Source of the DNA: a virus
Lineage: Duplodnaviria; Caudoviricetes
Direction: 5' to 3' (one strand)
DNA: 64,000 bases
Virus record (IMG/VR): IMGVR_UViG_3300032312_001822
Location: 1-64,000 of that record
Shown: in pieces, positions 1-8,206 of the stretch
Layout of the letters: every line of letters starts with the position of its first letter
How positions within the stretch are numbered: the stretch's first letter is position 1
Position numbers and translations under genes: made by a program
The notes under the pieces: model-generated
What the model saw: the letters and a program-made list of their open reading frames with translations, nothing else
What the model was told of the DNA's origin: nothing
Database searches by the model: none

Positions 1-75
1 AAGAAAGTAGCTAAAGTAATCAATCCAGATTATTTGATCTACGGAGAGAAGAATGATGTAGGAGATTCTCATTAA
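1..75 (+). CDS. 3' end of a truncated CDS, possibly an RNA ligase C-terminus
   Basis: Frame 1 reads KKVAKVINPDYLIYGEKNDVGDSH*. The AKxINPxYL tail resembles phage RNA ligase ends from memory, but only 24 aa are visible. Confidence 0.3.
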   Translation, partial: KKVAKVINPDYLIYGEKNDVGDSH

Positions 76-87
76 AAATAATTGATT

Positions 88-122
88 AAAGGCTTGGTTC
101 TCCAGGCCTTTTTTCATATATT
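88..122 (+). promoter_or_regulatory. Fused terminator hairpin and early-type promoter
   Basis: Hairpin aaaggcttgg-ttct-ccaggcc followed by T6 (88-114). TTGG at 94 and CATATATT at 115. Confidence 0.65.
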
Positions 123-151
123 ACAGTATATTAATTTAAAAAATAAAGGTT

Positions 152-712
152 ATGTATTACAAATTTAATGAAGAAACATTGTTACCCGAAAAAGTTAATG
201 TAACTAATAAAACATTAACGGGTTTAGGAGCAACAGTAGGATTATTACTATTATTTGGATTTACATCTAATCCATCAAATGAGGTACAAAATTTATCTCA
301 AGAAGACAAATTAATAGTAATTAGAGAATATAATGAGTTCTCAGAAGAAAAACTAATTGAAAAGATTACAGAATTAAATTTTAGATTCCCTCACATTATT
401 TTAGCACAAGCTAAATTAGAATCAGGGCATTTTAAATCAACTATCTTTTTAGAGAACAACAACATGTTTGGTATGAAGGAAGCTAAATTAAGAGCTAATT
501 TAGCAAAAGGTACAAACAGAAATCATGCATATTATGATACATGGCAAGAATCAGTTATTGATTATGCTTTGTACTATTCATCTTACTTAAGAAGTATTAA
601 AACTGAAGGAGAGTATTTTGAATACTTAAAACAGAATTATGCTGAGGATAAAACGTATGTTCAAAGATTAAAACAAATTATTAATAAACAAGATTTAAAA
701 AGTAAATTCTAA
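152..712 (+). CDS. GH73 glucosaminidase-like cell-wall hydrolase with N-terminal hydrophobic anchor
   Basis: Motifs ILAQAKLESG, NNNMFGMK and YDTWQESVIDY; TM-like segment LTGLGATVGLLLLFGF. Confidence 0.8.
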   Translation: MYYKFNEETLLPEKVNVTNKTLTGLGATVGLLLLFGFTSNPSNEVQNLSQEDKLIVIREYNEFSEEKLIEKITELNFRFPHIILAQAKLESGHFKSTIFLENNNMFGMKEAKLRANLAKGTNRNHAYYDTWQESVIDYALYYSSYLRSIKTEGEYFEYLKQNYAEDKTYVQRLKQIINKQDLKSKF

Positions 713-1068
713 TGGTAGGAGGAGCACAACCAAAAGTATTACTAGTACAAACCGAAGATGGTGAATTATTAATAGACCAGATGTTTGAACAAATATACGG
801 TAAAGAACAAAAACTAAACTACAAACTAGTAAGAGGAAGAGATCAACTAACTAAAACATCAGTAGGAGTAAAATGGTTAGAATTTAATGAGGATGGAACT
901 TATAAAGCAGACTTTGAAGATATTGCTGTTGGAAGAAGTTTATTAATGTCTCCATTTGGACCTTCATTCACTTGGCAAACCACTCTAGTAACAGAAATTG
1001 TAGAACAAAGAGAAGATTATATTAAATTTAATACAGAAAATTCTGTATATGAATTATTTAAACTATGA
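712..1068 (+). CDS. Hypothetical phage protein
   Basis: ORF track; TAATG-coupled to the upstream gene. Confidence 0.7.
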   Translation: MVGGAQPKVLLVQTEDGELLIDQMFEQIYGKEQKLNYKLVRGRDQLTKTSVGVKWLEFNEDGTYKADFEDIAVGRSLLMSPFGPSFTWQTTLVTEIVEQREDYIKFNTENSVYELFKL

Positions 1069-1472
1069 GACATAAAATATATTTAGACGACGTAAGAACA
1101 CCAATTGATCCAAGTTGGATCGTGGTAAGAAATTACGAAGAGTTTGTACAGAAGGTACAAGACTTAGGATTAGAAAACATTGATATAATTTCATTAGATC
1201 ATGATTTAGGACCTTCAGCAATGGCTGAATGGCACTCAAACGTGTATCACAATTACGAATTGAATTATGATAACATTGAAGAGAAAACTGGAATGGATTG
1301 CACTAAATGGTTGGTCAATCAATGGTTGGATGGATCTCCTGTTGTTGATGTTGTAATACATTCTGCAAATGCAGTTGGTAGTGCAAATATGATGGGGTAC
1401 ATAAACAACTACAGACACATCCATAGATTACCTCAGAATTGTGTAAGAGTACAAATTGAACATACAGTATAA
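1065..1472 (+). CDS. Cyclic-phosphate-processing receiver-like domain protein
   Basis: Signature motifs IYLDDVRTP, ISLDHDLG, TGMDC and IHSANAVG. Confidence 0.75.
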   Translation: MRHKIYLDDVRTPIDPSWIVVRNYEEFVQKVQDLGLENIDIISLDHDLGPSAMAEWHSNVYHNYELNYDNIEEKTGMDCTKWLVNQWLDGSPVVDVVIHSANAVGSANMMGYINNYRHIHRLPQNCVRVQIEHTV

Positions 1473-1855
1473 TGGAAAAAGAATTTATACCTTATGAACA
1501 AGCATTAGCTTTAAAAGAATTAGGATTTGAAAGCCCATATCCAATAGGTGGATATCAAGGCGGTAAAGTATTTTATTATGAAAAAGGTGAACTATATTAT
1601 GACAGTAGGCCAATGTACAGTTCAGATGCTCATTCAGGTCAAATATTAGCACCACTTTACCAACAAGCATTTAGATGGTTTAGAGAGAAGCATAATATAG
1701 ATTCATACCACATAGAACCAACAAATAATATGTTTGGTAATTTTTATGGAGTACTAGGACTAAGAACCGCAACTTTTAATGGTGGGTTTAAAACATACGA
1801 AGAAGCAGAACTTGCTTGTCTTAAAAAATTAATAGAAATTTTAAAACAAAAGTAA
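1472..1855 (+). CDS. Hypothetical protein
   Basis: ORF track; coupled start; EQALALKELGF and LYQQAFRWFREKH pattern is typical of small Bacteroidota-phage proteins. Confidence 0.7.
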   Translation: MEKEFIPYEQALALKELGFESPYPIGGYQGGKVFYYEKGELYYDSRPMYSSDAHSGQILAPLYQQAFRWFREKHNIDSYHIEPTNNMFGNFYGVLGLRTATFNGGFKTYEEAELACLKKLIEILKQK

Positions 1856-1856
1856 T

Positions 1857-2069
1857 ATGGTATCTGAGGATTTTAAAAGAATGATGAGAGAAAGTGACGG
1901 CAGCCCTCGATCAAAGGAACATATTGAACAACTTGCTAGACATCATCAGTATATCCTTGAATGGGACAAAGGTATTGCATACGCTGAGACTAGATGCGGT
2001 TGGAGGGAAGAAATACAAAGAGATAGAGAAGCAGTAAGGCGAGCTAGAGCTAGAGGCTGTTTTTATTAA
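1857..2069 (+). CDS. Hypothetical protein
   Basis: ORF track; fits operon packing. Confidence 0.55.
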   Translation: MVSEDFKRMMRESDGSPRSKEHIEQLARHHQYILEWDKGIAYAETRCGWREEIQRDREAVRRARARGCFY

Positions 2070-2088
2070 TTAGTAAAAGATAAATAAC

Positions 2089-2706
2089 ATGGAAGACTTT
2101 TTTGAAGAACTAAAAAACCAACCAAGACCAAACATATTTAAAAGAATATTGATTTGGTGGAATCATGATGGTAAATACTTACATAAAGAAATTAAATGGG
2201 GTATTCAAAATCTTATTTACTGGTTTCCAATTATCTGGAAAGATAGAAATTGGGATGGACATTACATTTATGAAGTAATGAAACATAAATTGAAAGCTCA
2301 AGCCAATTATATTGGTCGTAGAGATTTTCATACACGAGCGCAACAAGATGCTCGTAATATGAGAACATGTGTTAAATTAATTCAATTATGTCAAGATGAG
2401 CCTTATTCAATGGAGTATATGGATTATCATAAAGACAGAGTTTGGTTTACACCTTGTGAGGATCGTGAAGGATCATCTTTATACAATTCAGAAGAAGTAT
2501 GGGAAAATTATGATGAGTTCTTTAAAAAGTATCCTTTAGTTTATAAGAGAGTATTAAAAGGTGAAGGCCCATTTAATCTAGATGGTAGAGATGAATCTGA
2601 AATGAAAAGAATTATAGCAATGAATATCGCACATCTAAATCAAGACAGAGCAAGAAAGTTGTTATTTAAAATAATGGAAGAAAATATTGAGGGTTGGTGG
2701 GATTAA
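2089..2706 (+). CDS. Hypothetical protein
   Basis: ORF track; 205 aa, Trp-rich; no family recognised. Confidence 0.75.
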   Translation: MEDFFEELKNQPRPNIFKRILIWWNHDGKYLHKEIKWGIQNLIYWFPIIWKDRNWDGHYIYEVMKHKLKAQANYIGRRDFHTRAQQDARNMRTCVKLIQLCQDEPYSMEYMDYHKDRVWFTPCEDREGSSLYNSEEVWENYDEFFKKYPLVYKRVLKGEGPFNLDGRDESEMKRIIAMNIAHLNQDRARKLLFKIMEENIEGWWD

Positions 2707-3179
2707 TTAAATACATACTTTTATTATTTACTGTACTTAGTTTCAGTCAGGAACATATCTTAATAGGTGATTCACAAACATACCTGTTAGCCCGACATTC
2801 AACTGAAATAAAGCGAATACCTAAATTATCTCAATCAGGTATAGGCGTAGTACAACTAATATATAAAGTGCGTTTATATCCGGTTTCTCCAAATGTTAAA
2901 AGTGTTTCTATTTGTATTGGAGTAAATGATGCTTATAAAGACAGAGGAATACAACAATTATTTATTAGACTTAAAAACACCTTCCCAAATGCTCACTTTT
3001 ATATTATACAAGGTTCATGGGGTTGGGGTAAGGTAAGAAGAATGAATCAAAGTAATCTAGACAAGTATTACAAACACTTCCCAGGTACTATAATATATCC
3101 AGCAATTGGAAAAGGAGACCCACATAGGAATAAAAAAGTTTACAAAACTATAATGAAGAGTTTGGAAAACCAAATATAG
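2694..3179 (+). CDS. SGNH/GDSL-like hydrolase, secreted
   Basis: IGDSQ (block I) and IGVND (block III); PHR near the C-terminus; N-terminal signal-like segment. Confidence 0.6.
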   Translation: MVGLIKYILLLFTVLSFSQEHILIGDSQTYLLARHSTEIKRIPKLSQSGIGVVQLIYKVRLYPVSPNVKSVSICIGVNDAYKDRGIQQLFIRLKNTFPNAHFYIIQGSWGWGKVRRMNQSNLDKYYKHFPGTIIYPAIGKGDPHRNKKVYKTIMKSLENQI

Positions 3180-3190
3180 TTTCATATATT
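3161..3190 (+). promoter_or_regulatory. Early-type promoter of the DIP1984-like gene
   Basis: TTTGG at 3161 and CATATATT at 3183, the same 22-nt offset as the array promoters. Confidence 0.7.
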
Positions 3191-3217
3191 AAATCATATA
3201 AAATAAAAATAAAAGTC

Positions 3218-3646
3218 ATGAATGTATCTCAAGCATTAAAGAAAAAAAACAAATTAGCTATTGAATTAAAAAAACAATACGCTATCGCTCAAAAGTTTAA
3301 CTCTCAAGAAGCTGGTAACCCAAGACGTTATTCAGTACAAGCAGCTTTAGATAAAGCAGCTGAAATCACTGCTGAGTTAATTGATTTAAAAACGAAAATT
3401 CACTTGGCAAACGCGCCTGTGTATTCTAAAATATTCCGTATGGCGGAATTAAAAGGAAGAATCAAGGAATTGAAAAAAGTACCTACAGATGAAGGTAAAC
3501 ATGAGGGTAGATATGGTTCAGCCCCATCAGAAAAAGAAGTTGAAATCAACATTGCCCAATTGGATGGGTTTGTGGCGACATTAGAAGCATCAATTGAAGA
3601 AATTCAATCAGAATTAGACGTACATAACGCTACGACTACAATATAA
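3218..3646 (+). CDS. DIP1984-like coiled-coil protein
   Basis: All-helical 142 aa with family pattern M.v.qAL...kL ... LktkIhlaN ... IQseLDvhNatTtI. Confidence 0.7.
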   Translation: MNVSQALKKKNKLAIELKKQYAIAQKFNSQEAGNPRRYSVQAALDKAAEITAELIDLKTKIHLANAPVYSKIFRMAELKGRIKELKKVPTDEGKHEGRYGSAPSEKEVEINIAQLDGFVATLEASIEEIQSELDVHNATTTI

Positions 3647-3648
3647 TT

Positions 3649-3847
3649 TAAGGGTAAGGGAGTGATGATAAGATAGTATTCGAGGGTTCTTACAACTTTA
3701 CTGACAGCCAACCAGGGTGATAAGTGATAATGAATACGAAAATCAATCCTCAACATCTCAACACATCAACAATCGCGCACGTTCAATAAATTCAACATTC
3801 TTTGAAACCGGGATCTAGAATATTGTTTTTGATTTACTCCCCCTTAT
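3649..3847 (+). ncRNA. Putative structured ncRNA with UCAA repeats
   Basis: Ends pair (taagggtaagggagt 3649-3663 with actcccccttat 3836-3847). Inner stem gtattc/gaatac. TCAA at 3743, 3750, 3758, 3766, 3783 and 3792. No ORF. Confidence 0.6.
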
Positions 3848-3862
3848 TTTAAAATTTAAATT

Positions 3863-3955
3863 ATGAAGTACTTTATAATATGGTTAGGTTACGAATTCAT
3901 TAGACCTAAATTAATTTGGTTGTGGTATTACTTAATAAATAAAGGAGAAAAATAA
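3863..3955 (+). CDS. 30-aa hydrophobic microprotein (not in ORF track)
   Basis: MKYFIIWLGYEFIRPKLIWLWYYLINKGEK*; A-rich start; the stop abuts the next ATG. Confidence 0.5.
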   Translation: MKYFIIWLGYEFIRPKLIWLWYYLINKGEK

Positions 3956-3956
3956 A

Positions 3957-4673
3957 ATGAGAATTACAGTATTATCAGACACACATACAAGACATGGATT
4001 GATTCCTATGGAAGATTTACCAGGTGGTGATTTGATACTTCATGCTGGAGATATAATGAACTCAGGTTACAATAAAAATGACATTCATGATTTTTGTACT
4101 TGGTTTCATTCACTTGATCAATATCAAGATAAAGTATTTATAGCAGGTAATCATGATAGAATGTTTGAAAATCATCCATTAGAAGCTAATACTATTGTTA
4201 ATAATTATGGTAGTGTGATTTATCTACAAGATGATGATTTAGTTTTATATGGAGATGGTCCAAATGGAGACTCTCCTCAAGACAACATTCGCATTTACGG
4301 ATCACCTTGGCAACCAGAATTCTATTCATGGGCATTCAATTTAAAAAGAAATGGAATTGAGATATCAGGTAAATGGGAAGCAATTCCTGACAACACAGAC
4401 ATTTTAATTACACATGGTCCATCATTTGGAACTTTAGATACAGTAACAGGAAGACCTTGGGATAATTTAGGATGTGAATTATTGGCTGAAAGAATTGAGA
4501 GACTAAGGCCAAAGATTCATATATGCGGACATATTCATTCAGGATATGGGTATGAGTTTAAAGATGGTACTCACTTTTTCAACGCTGCTGTATTGAATGA
4601 AAGTTATGAGTACACTCAAAAACCAATGACATTTGATTGGGATAAAGAAACAAATACAATAAAATTTATTTAA
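3957..4673 (+). CDS. Calcineurin-like metallophosphoesterase
   Basis: Motifs SDTH, HAGD, GNHD, THGP and GHIH. Confidence 0.9.
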   Translation: MRITVLSDTHTRHGLIPMEDLPGGDLILHAGDIMNSGYNKNDIHDFCTWFHSLDQYQDKVFIAGNHDRMFENHPLEANTIVNNYGSVIYLQDDDLVLYGDGPNGDSPQDNIRIYGSPWQPEFYSWAFNLKRNGIEISGKWEAIPDNTDILITHGPSFGTLDTVTGRPWDNLGCELLAERIERLRPKIHICGHIHSGYGYEFKDGTHFFNAAVLNESYEYTQKPMTFDWDKETNTIKFI

Positions 4674-4674
4674 G

Positions 4675-4710
4675 AAAAGGCTTGGTATTCCAAGTCTTTT
4701 TTTATATATT
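4675..4710 (+). terminator. Intrinsic terminator fused to an early-type promoter
   Basis: Hairpin aaaaggcttgg-tatt-ccaagtctttt plus T tract. TTGG at 4682 and TATATATT at 4703. Confidence 0.7.
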
Positions 4711-4735
4711 AAGGTATTAATTTAAAACAAAGGTT

Positions 4736-5080
4736 ATGTTCAAAAGATTTTTCAAGTACACACTAACACAACAAGAACAACAATTTATAGATATTGTTGA
4801 CAAATTATTAGCACACCCAAAAACATCTTTAAGGATGACACCTCTAACAGATAAGTATTTTCTTATCAATGAGCAAAAACATTATTATGTTCTTTTAAAA
4901 CAGAATGGTATTCAAATTACCAATTCTAAATTCTCTTTTGCAAAGTCTTTACATGAAAAAGCTTATGACAAGATTATTAAAAACATTCATACTCATATGG
5001 AAGAGAATAGACAAACTCTAGAAGATAAATTATTTAAAAACGAAACAGATACACTAGATGCTGTATTAAACAATTTGTAA
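4736..5080 (+). CDS. Hypothetical protein
   Basis: ORF track; GTTATG start after a promoter. Confidence 0.75.
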   Translation: MFKRFFKYTLTQQEQQFIDIVDKLLAHPKTSLRMTPLTDKYFLINEQKHYYVLLKQNGIQITNSKFSFAKSLHEKAYDKIIKNIHTHMEENRQTLEDKLFKNETDTLDAVLNNL

Positions 5081-5081
5081 G

Positions 5082-5339
5082 ATGAAGGATCAGCAAAAAC
5101 AACATTTAATCGATATGATGAAAGCAGATGAAGAGTTAGGATTGTATGATGAACCAAATGAAACAATTGAAGAAGCTGCTGAAAGATATTGGGCTAAGCA
5201 ACCTTACAATGAAGATGCTTTTATTGAAGGCGCTAAGTGGCAACAAGAACAAGAAAAGAAATGTTATCATCCATTACCTTATAGATTAGCTAAATCAGAT
5301 GTTAATTATGAATGTACTTTGTGTGGTAAATTTATTTAA
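5082..5339 (+). CDS. Hypothetical protein with C-terminal Cys/His knuckle
   Basis: ETIEEAAERY...FIEGAKWQQEQ, then CYH...CTLCG. Confidence 0.7.
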   Translation: MKDQQKQHLIDMMKADEELGLYDEPNETIEEAAERYWAKQPYNEDAFIEGAKWQQEQEKKCYHPLPYRLAKSDVNYECTLCGKFI

Positions 5340-5362
5340 AATAATTTAAAAACAAATAAGAT

Positions 5363-5614
5363 ATGAAAAAAGGAAAATTAACTGAGGTAAAGTCTTTATT
5401 ATTAAAAATTATTGCTGAAAAAGTATTATCTGAAAATACTTACACAGATATTGAACAAACTAAATCTGTTTTGATGGAAATATTAAGTTATTTAAAATTT
5501 GAAACTACCATTTCAGACATTAAAACTACAAACAACATTACTTTCTTACAAATATATTACAAAAGTGATGAATTAAAAGATTTTGATAAAGTTATCGATG
5601 TTACAGTGGCTTAA
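5363..5614 (+). CDS. Hypothetical protein
   Basis: ORF track. Confidence 0.6.
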   Translation: MKKGKLTEVKSLLLKIIAEKVLSENTYTDIEQTKSVLMEILSYLKFETTISDIKTTNNITFLQIYYKSDELKDFDKVIDVTVA

Positions 5615-5681
5615 GCAATTTATAAAAACAAATAAGTTATGAAACAAATATGCTAGATACAGTATTAACAAGCTTATAGTA

Positions 5682-6011
5682 ATGCAAAGACTTGAAAAAT
5701 ATTCTGAGAGATTTGATAATGATAAATCTCCAATAGGCAACTCAGATACTTGGGGTAAGAGGTTAGTTGAAGATAAAAATCCTTACATAGGATCATTTCT
5801 ACTTAAGAATGGATTTTCAAAGGACGTACTCGATAACAATAAGTACTTTAATCTAGAATGTATTATAACAGTTCTAGATGAATGCTACCAGATTGACTTT
5901 GATCATCCAGAGTATGGATCTGTTTCAACCTACACAGACTCCTATTCAATTATACATTTAGTAGGAATTTTAACCTGGAACGATTTAATAGATAGAAATT
6001 ATATAAAATGA
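5682..6011 (+). CDS. Hypothetical protein; true start may be 5639 with a 1-nt frameshift
   Basis: Frame is open from 5643. The canonical AAATAAGTTATG start at 5639 is one base out of frame. Confidence 0.6.
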   Translation: MQRLEKYSERFDNDKSPIGNSDTWGKRLVEDKNPYIGSFLLKNGFSKDVLDNNKYFNLECIITVLDECYQIDFDHPEYGSVSTYTDSYSIIHLVGILTWNDLIDRNYIK

Positions 6012-6226
6012 GAAAAACATTATTGACAGTGACGGTGAATGGAAATGAAATTGCATTTGTAAAAGATCAAGGACATTACTTTATTCATTGGGGAGAGGGA
6101 GGAAAGCCTAGAGCAGTAAAGAAGATAACAACTCCAACTGGAAGAAAGCCTTCACAAAAATCAGCACACAGACAGTTCCTAGAAGCAGTACAAGCAACTA
6201 AGATATTAAAATTCAGTAAACTATAA
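6008..6226 (+). CDS. Hypothetical basic protein
   Basis: ORF track; ATGA overlap. Confidence 0.65.
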   Translation: MRKTLLTVTVNGNEIAFVKDQGHYFIHWGEGGKPRAVKKITTPTGRKPSQKSAHRQFLEAVQATKILKFSKL

Positions 6227-6462
6227 TGGCAGCAGAAAGTAACACACCGGTAGATATTGAAATCTGGATTGAGAAAGTAATCAAGTCCTGTGAGACACTG
6301 AGACATCGTATCAATGCTGAGAGATTAGTTAGATTCTATGTAAAAAGATTACAAGAGGGAGGAATGCCTTATTACCAGTATACTCATATTAGAGATAAGT
6401 TTGAAGGTATGTTATGGCATTTAGAAGAAGATATAAAAAGTAAACAACTACTAAAAGGATAA
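6226..6462 (+). CDS. Hypothetical protein
   Basis: ORF track; TAATG coupling. Confidence 0.65.
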   Translation: MAAESNTPVDIEIWIEKVIKSCETLRHRINAERLVRFYVKRLQEGGMPYYQYTHIRDKFEGMLWHLEEDIKSKQLLKG

Positions 6463-6465
6463 TTT

Positions 6466-6873
6466 ATGACCATTACACAAAAATATGTAGAATTTATTTT
6501 AGATAATATTATCCAGGATACTACCACAGTTCAACTTTATAAGCCAATGGAAGACGGTGCTAGAATGTATATTAAGTTAGGTCCTGTATTACACTGTACA
6601 GTTCAAATTGAAGTACTTGAAAAGTATACTCGATCAGCTAAATTAAAATTAACATTTGATAAGTACGAACATGAAGATATCTTTTTTATACCTTTTAGTT
6701 CAAGTCCTGAATCAATTGAAGGTAAAACACGCACTAAAATTGAAAAGATTGTTAATAAAACTTTTATTGATGATAATAGAACCGAAGATATTAAACAGAT
6801 GTATAAAGATAAATATCAAAATTTTGCTTTATCATTATCAAATTTTATAAGTGAAAAAAATGAGCAAAATTAA
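6466..6873 (+). CDS. Hypothetical protein
   Basis: ORF track. Confidence 0.65.
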   Translation: MTITQKYVEFILDNIIQDTTTVQLYKPMEDGARMYIKLGPVLHCTVQIEVLEKYTRSAKLKLTFDKYEHEDIFFIPFSSSPESIEGKTRTKIEKIVNKTFIDDNRTEDIKQMYKDKYQNFALSLSNFISEKNEQN

Positions 6874-7057
6874 TTTAATAGAAGAAGATCTTTGGGATCA
6901 CTATAGTGGTTTACCAAACCCAACATGGTATGAATATAAAAACCAGTTAGAAGATGAAGAAGATGATACAAGTGATAGTACTGATATTACAGTTATTACT
7001 AAACAAAATAAAAAGGAAAAGAAAAAGCATTTGGGATCTATAAAAAATAAATTATGA
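6851..7057 (+). CDS. Hypothetical protein with acidic and basic tracts
   Basis: ORF track; LWDHYSGLPNP motif. Confidence 0.6.
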   Translation: MKKMSKINLIEEDLWDHYSGLPNPTWYEYKNQLEDEEDDTSDSTDITVITKQNKKEKKKHLGSIKNKL

Positions 7058-7392
7058 ACTTTATAATAGGTTTTAGCTTTGGAGTACTAGCACAAGTACT
7101 AACATTTGTCCAACTACAAGGACAATTCAGATGGGAATGGTTTAAACAACATCCAATGGTTATTTCATTAATGGGAGTACCAATTTCTTTTCTTTATATT
7201 ATGTCTGTAAAATATATGGTATCACATTTTGGAGGAGAATTATGGCCTTCAAGACTAATGGGTTTTTCAATAGGTGCTATAGTGTTTAGTTATATGGCTC
7301 ATTTATGGTTTCAAGAACCATTCACTCTTAAAACACTTATATGTCTTGGATTAGCTTTTGCTATAATGATGGTTCAACTATTTTGGAAATAA
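7054..7392 (+). CDS. Four-TM small membrane protein (SMR/DMT-like)
   Basis: 112 aa with four hydrophobic helices; C-terminal FQEPFTLKTLICLGL resembles the DMT superfamily. Confidence 0.6.
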   Translation: MNFIIGFSFGVLAQVLTFVQLQGQFRWEWFKQHPMVISLMGVPISFLYIMSVKYMVSHFGGELWPSRLMGFSIGAIVFSYMAHLWFQEPFTLKTLICLGLAFAIMMVQLFWK

Positions 7393-7393
7393 G

Positions 7394-7426
7394 TTTGGGG
7401 TCCTAAGATATATTTGTTATATTTAT
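7394..7426 (+). promoter_or_regulatory. Promoter of the que operon (early-type, overlapping the ATATTTAT motif)
   Basis: TTTGG at 7394 and ATATTTAT at 7419. Confidence 0.6.
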
Positions 7427-7447
7427 AATAACAAAAAATAAAAAGTT

Positions 7448-7651
7448 ATGGCAAAAATTAATGAACACATGAAATCAGTTATGGAAAAACAAACAAAACA
7501 ACCTGATGCTAAAAAGCATTTAGAATTATCAATGGCCAAATCTGCAATTAGAATAGTATCTTGTGGAGCAGGTATATTTGGCATGTACGATGTAGCCTTT
7601 ATAGGTTTCCTTTTAGCCGAAATAGTAGGAATTAAAGAAGAATTAGTATAA
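7448..7651 (+). CDS. Small membrane protein
   Basis: KSAIRIVSC...GFLLAEIVGIKEELV; hydrophobic C-terminal half. Confidence 0.65.
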   Translation: MAKINEHMKSVMEKQTKQPDAKKHLELSMAKSAIRIVSCGAGIFGMYDVAFIGFLLAEIVGIKEELV

Positions 7652-7743
7652 TGAAAAAAAATTATACTAAAGCATTTGTATGGATCCTATTAGGAGCTAT
7701 TACAGTTGCTATATGGACAACAATTTACAACTTAATATTTTAA
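7651..7743 (+). CDS. 30-aa single-TM microprotein (not in ORF track)
   Basis: MKKNYTKAFVWILLGAITVAIWTTIYNLIF*; TAATG-coupled and fills the gap to queD exactly. Confidence 0.55.
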   Translation: MKKNYTKAFVWILLGAITVAIWTTIYNLIF

Positions 7744-7744
7744 T

Positions 7745-8206
7745 ATGAAATTTCAATCAACAAAAATCTTTGATGGTTACTCAACAGTATTTCGTCAATG
7801 GAGAGCAGAAGGTACTCACTGTAGTTTTCTTCATGGTTATGGTATTTCTTTCAAAATTGTATTTGAAGGAGACTTAGACGAGAGAAACTGGGTGTGGGAT
7901 TTTGGAGGAATGAAGAGAGCTAAAAACACTATTGATGGTGTGCCTCCTAAAGTATGGATGGACTATATGTTTGATCACACTATGCTAGTAGCAGAAGATG
8001 ATCCATTTTTACCAGCAGCTATAGAGATGGATAAAGCAGGTGTAGTTCAATTGAGAATAATTCCAGCTACAGGAGCAGAAAAATTTGCTGAATTTATCTA
8101 TAATAAAGTATCTGAATTTATTAAAATAGAAACAGAAGGTAGAGTAAGAGTAGTGAGTGTAGAATTTAGAGAACATACTAAAAATTCAGCAATATATGGA
8201 GAGTAA
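7745..8206 (+). CDS. queD: 6-carboxy-5,6,7,8-tetrahydropterin synthase (QueD/PTPS family)
   Basis: HCSFLHGY, WVWDFG and FDHT motifs; adjacent to queE and folE. Confidence 0.85.
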   Translation: MKFQSTKIFDGYSTVFRQWRAEGTHCSFLHGYGISFKIVFEGDLDERNWVWDFGGMKRAKNTIDGVPPKVWMDYMFDHTMLVAEDDPFLPAAIEMDKAGVVQLRIIPATGAEKFAEFIYNKVSEFIKIETEGRVRVVSVEFREHTKNSAIYGE

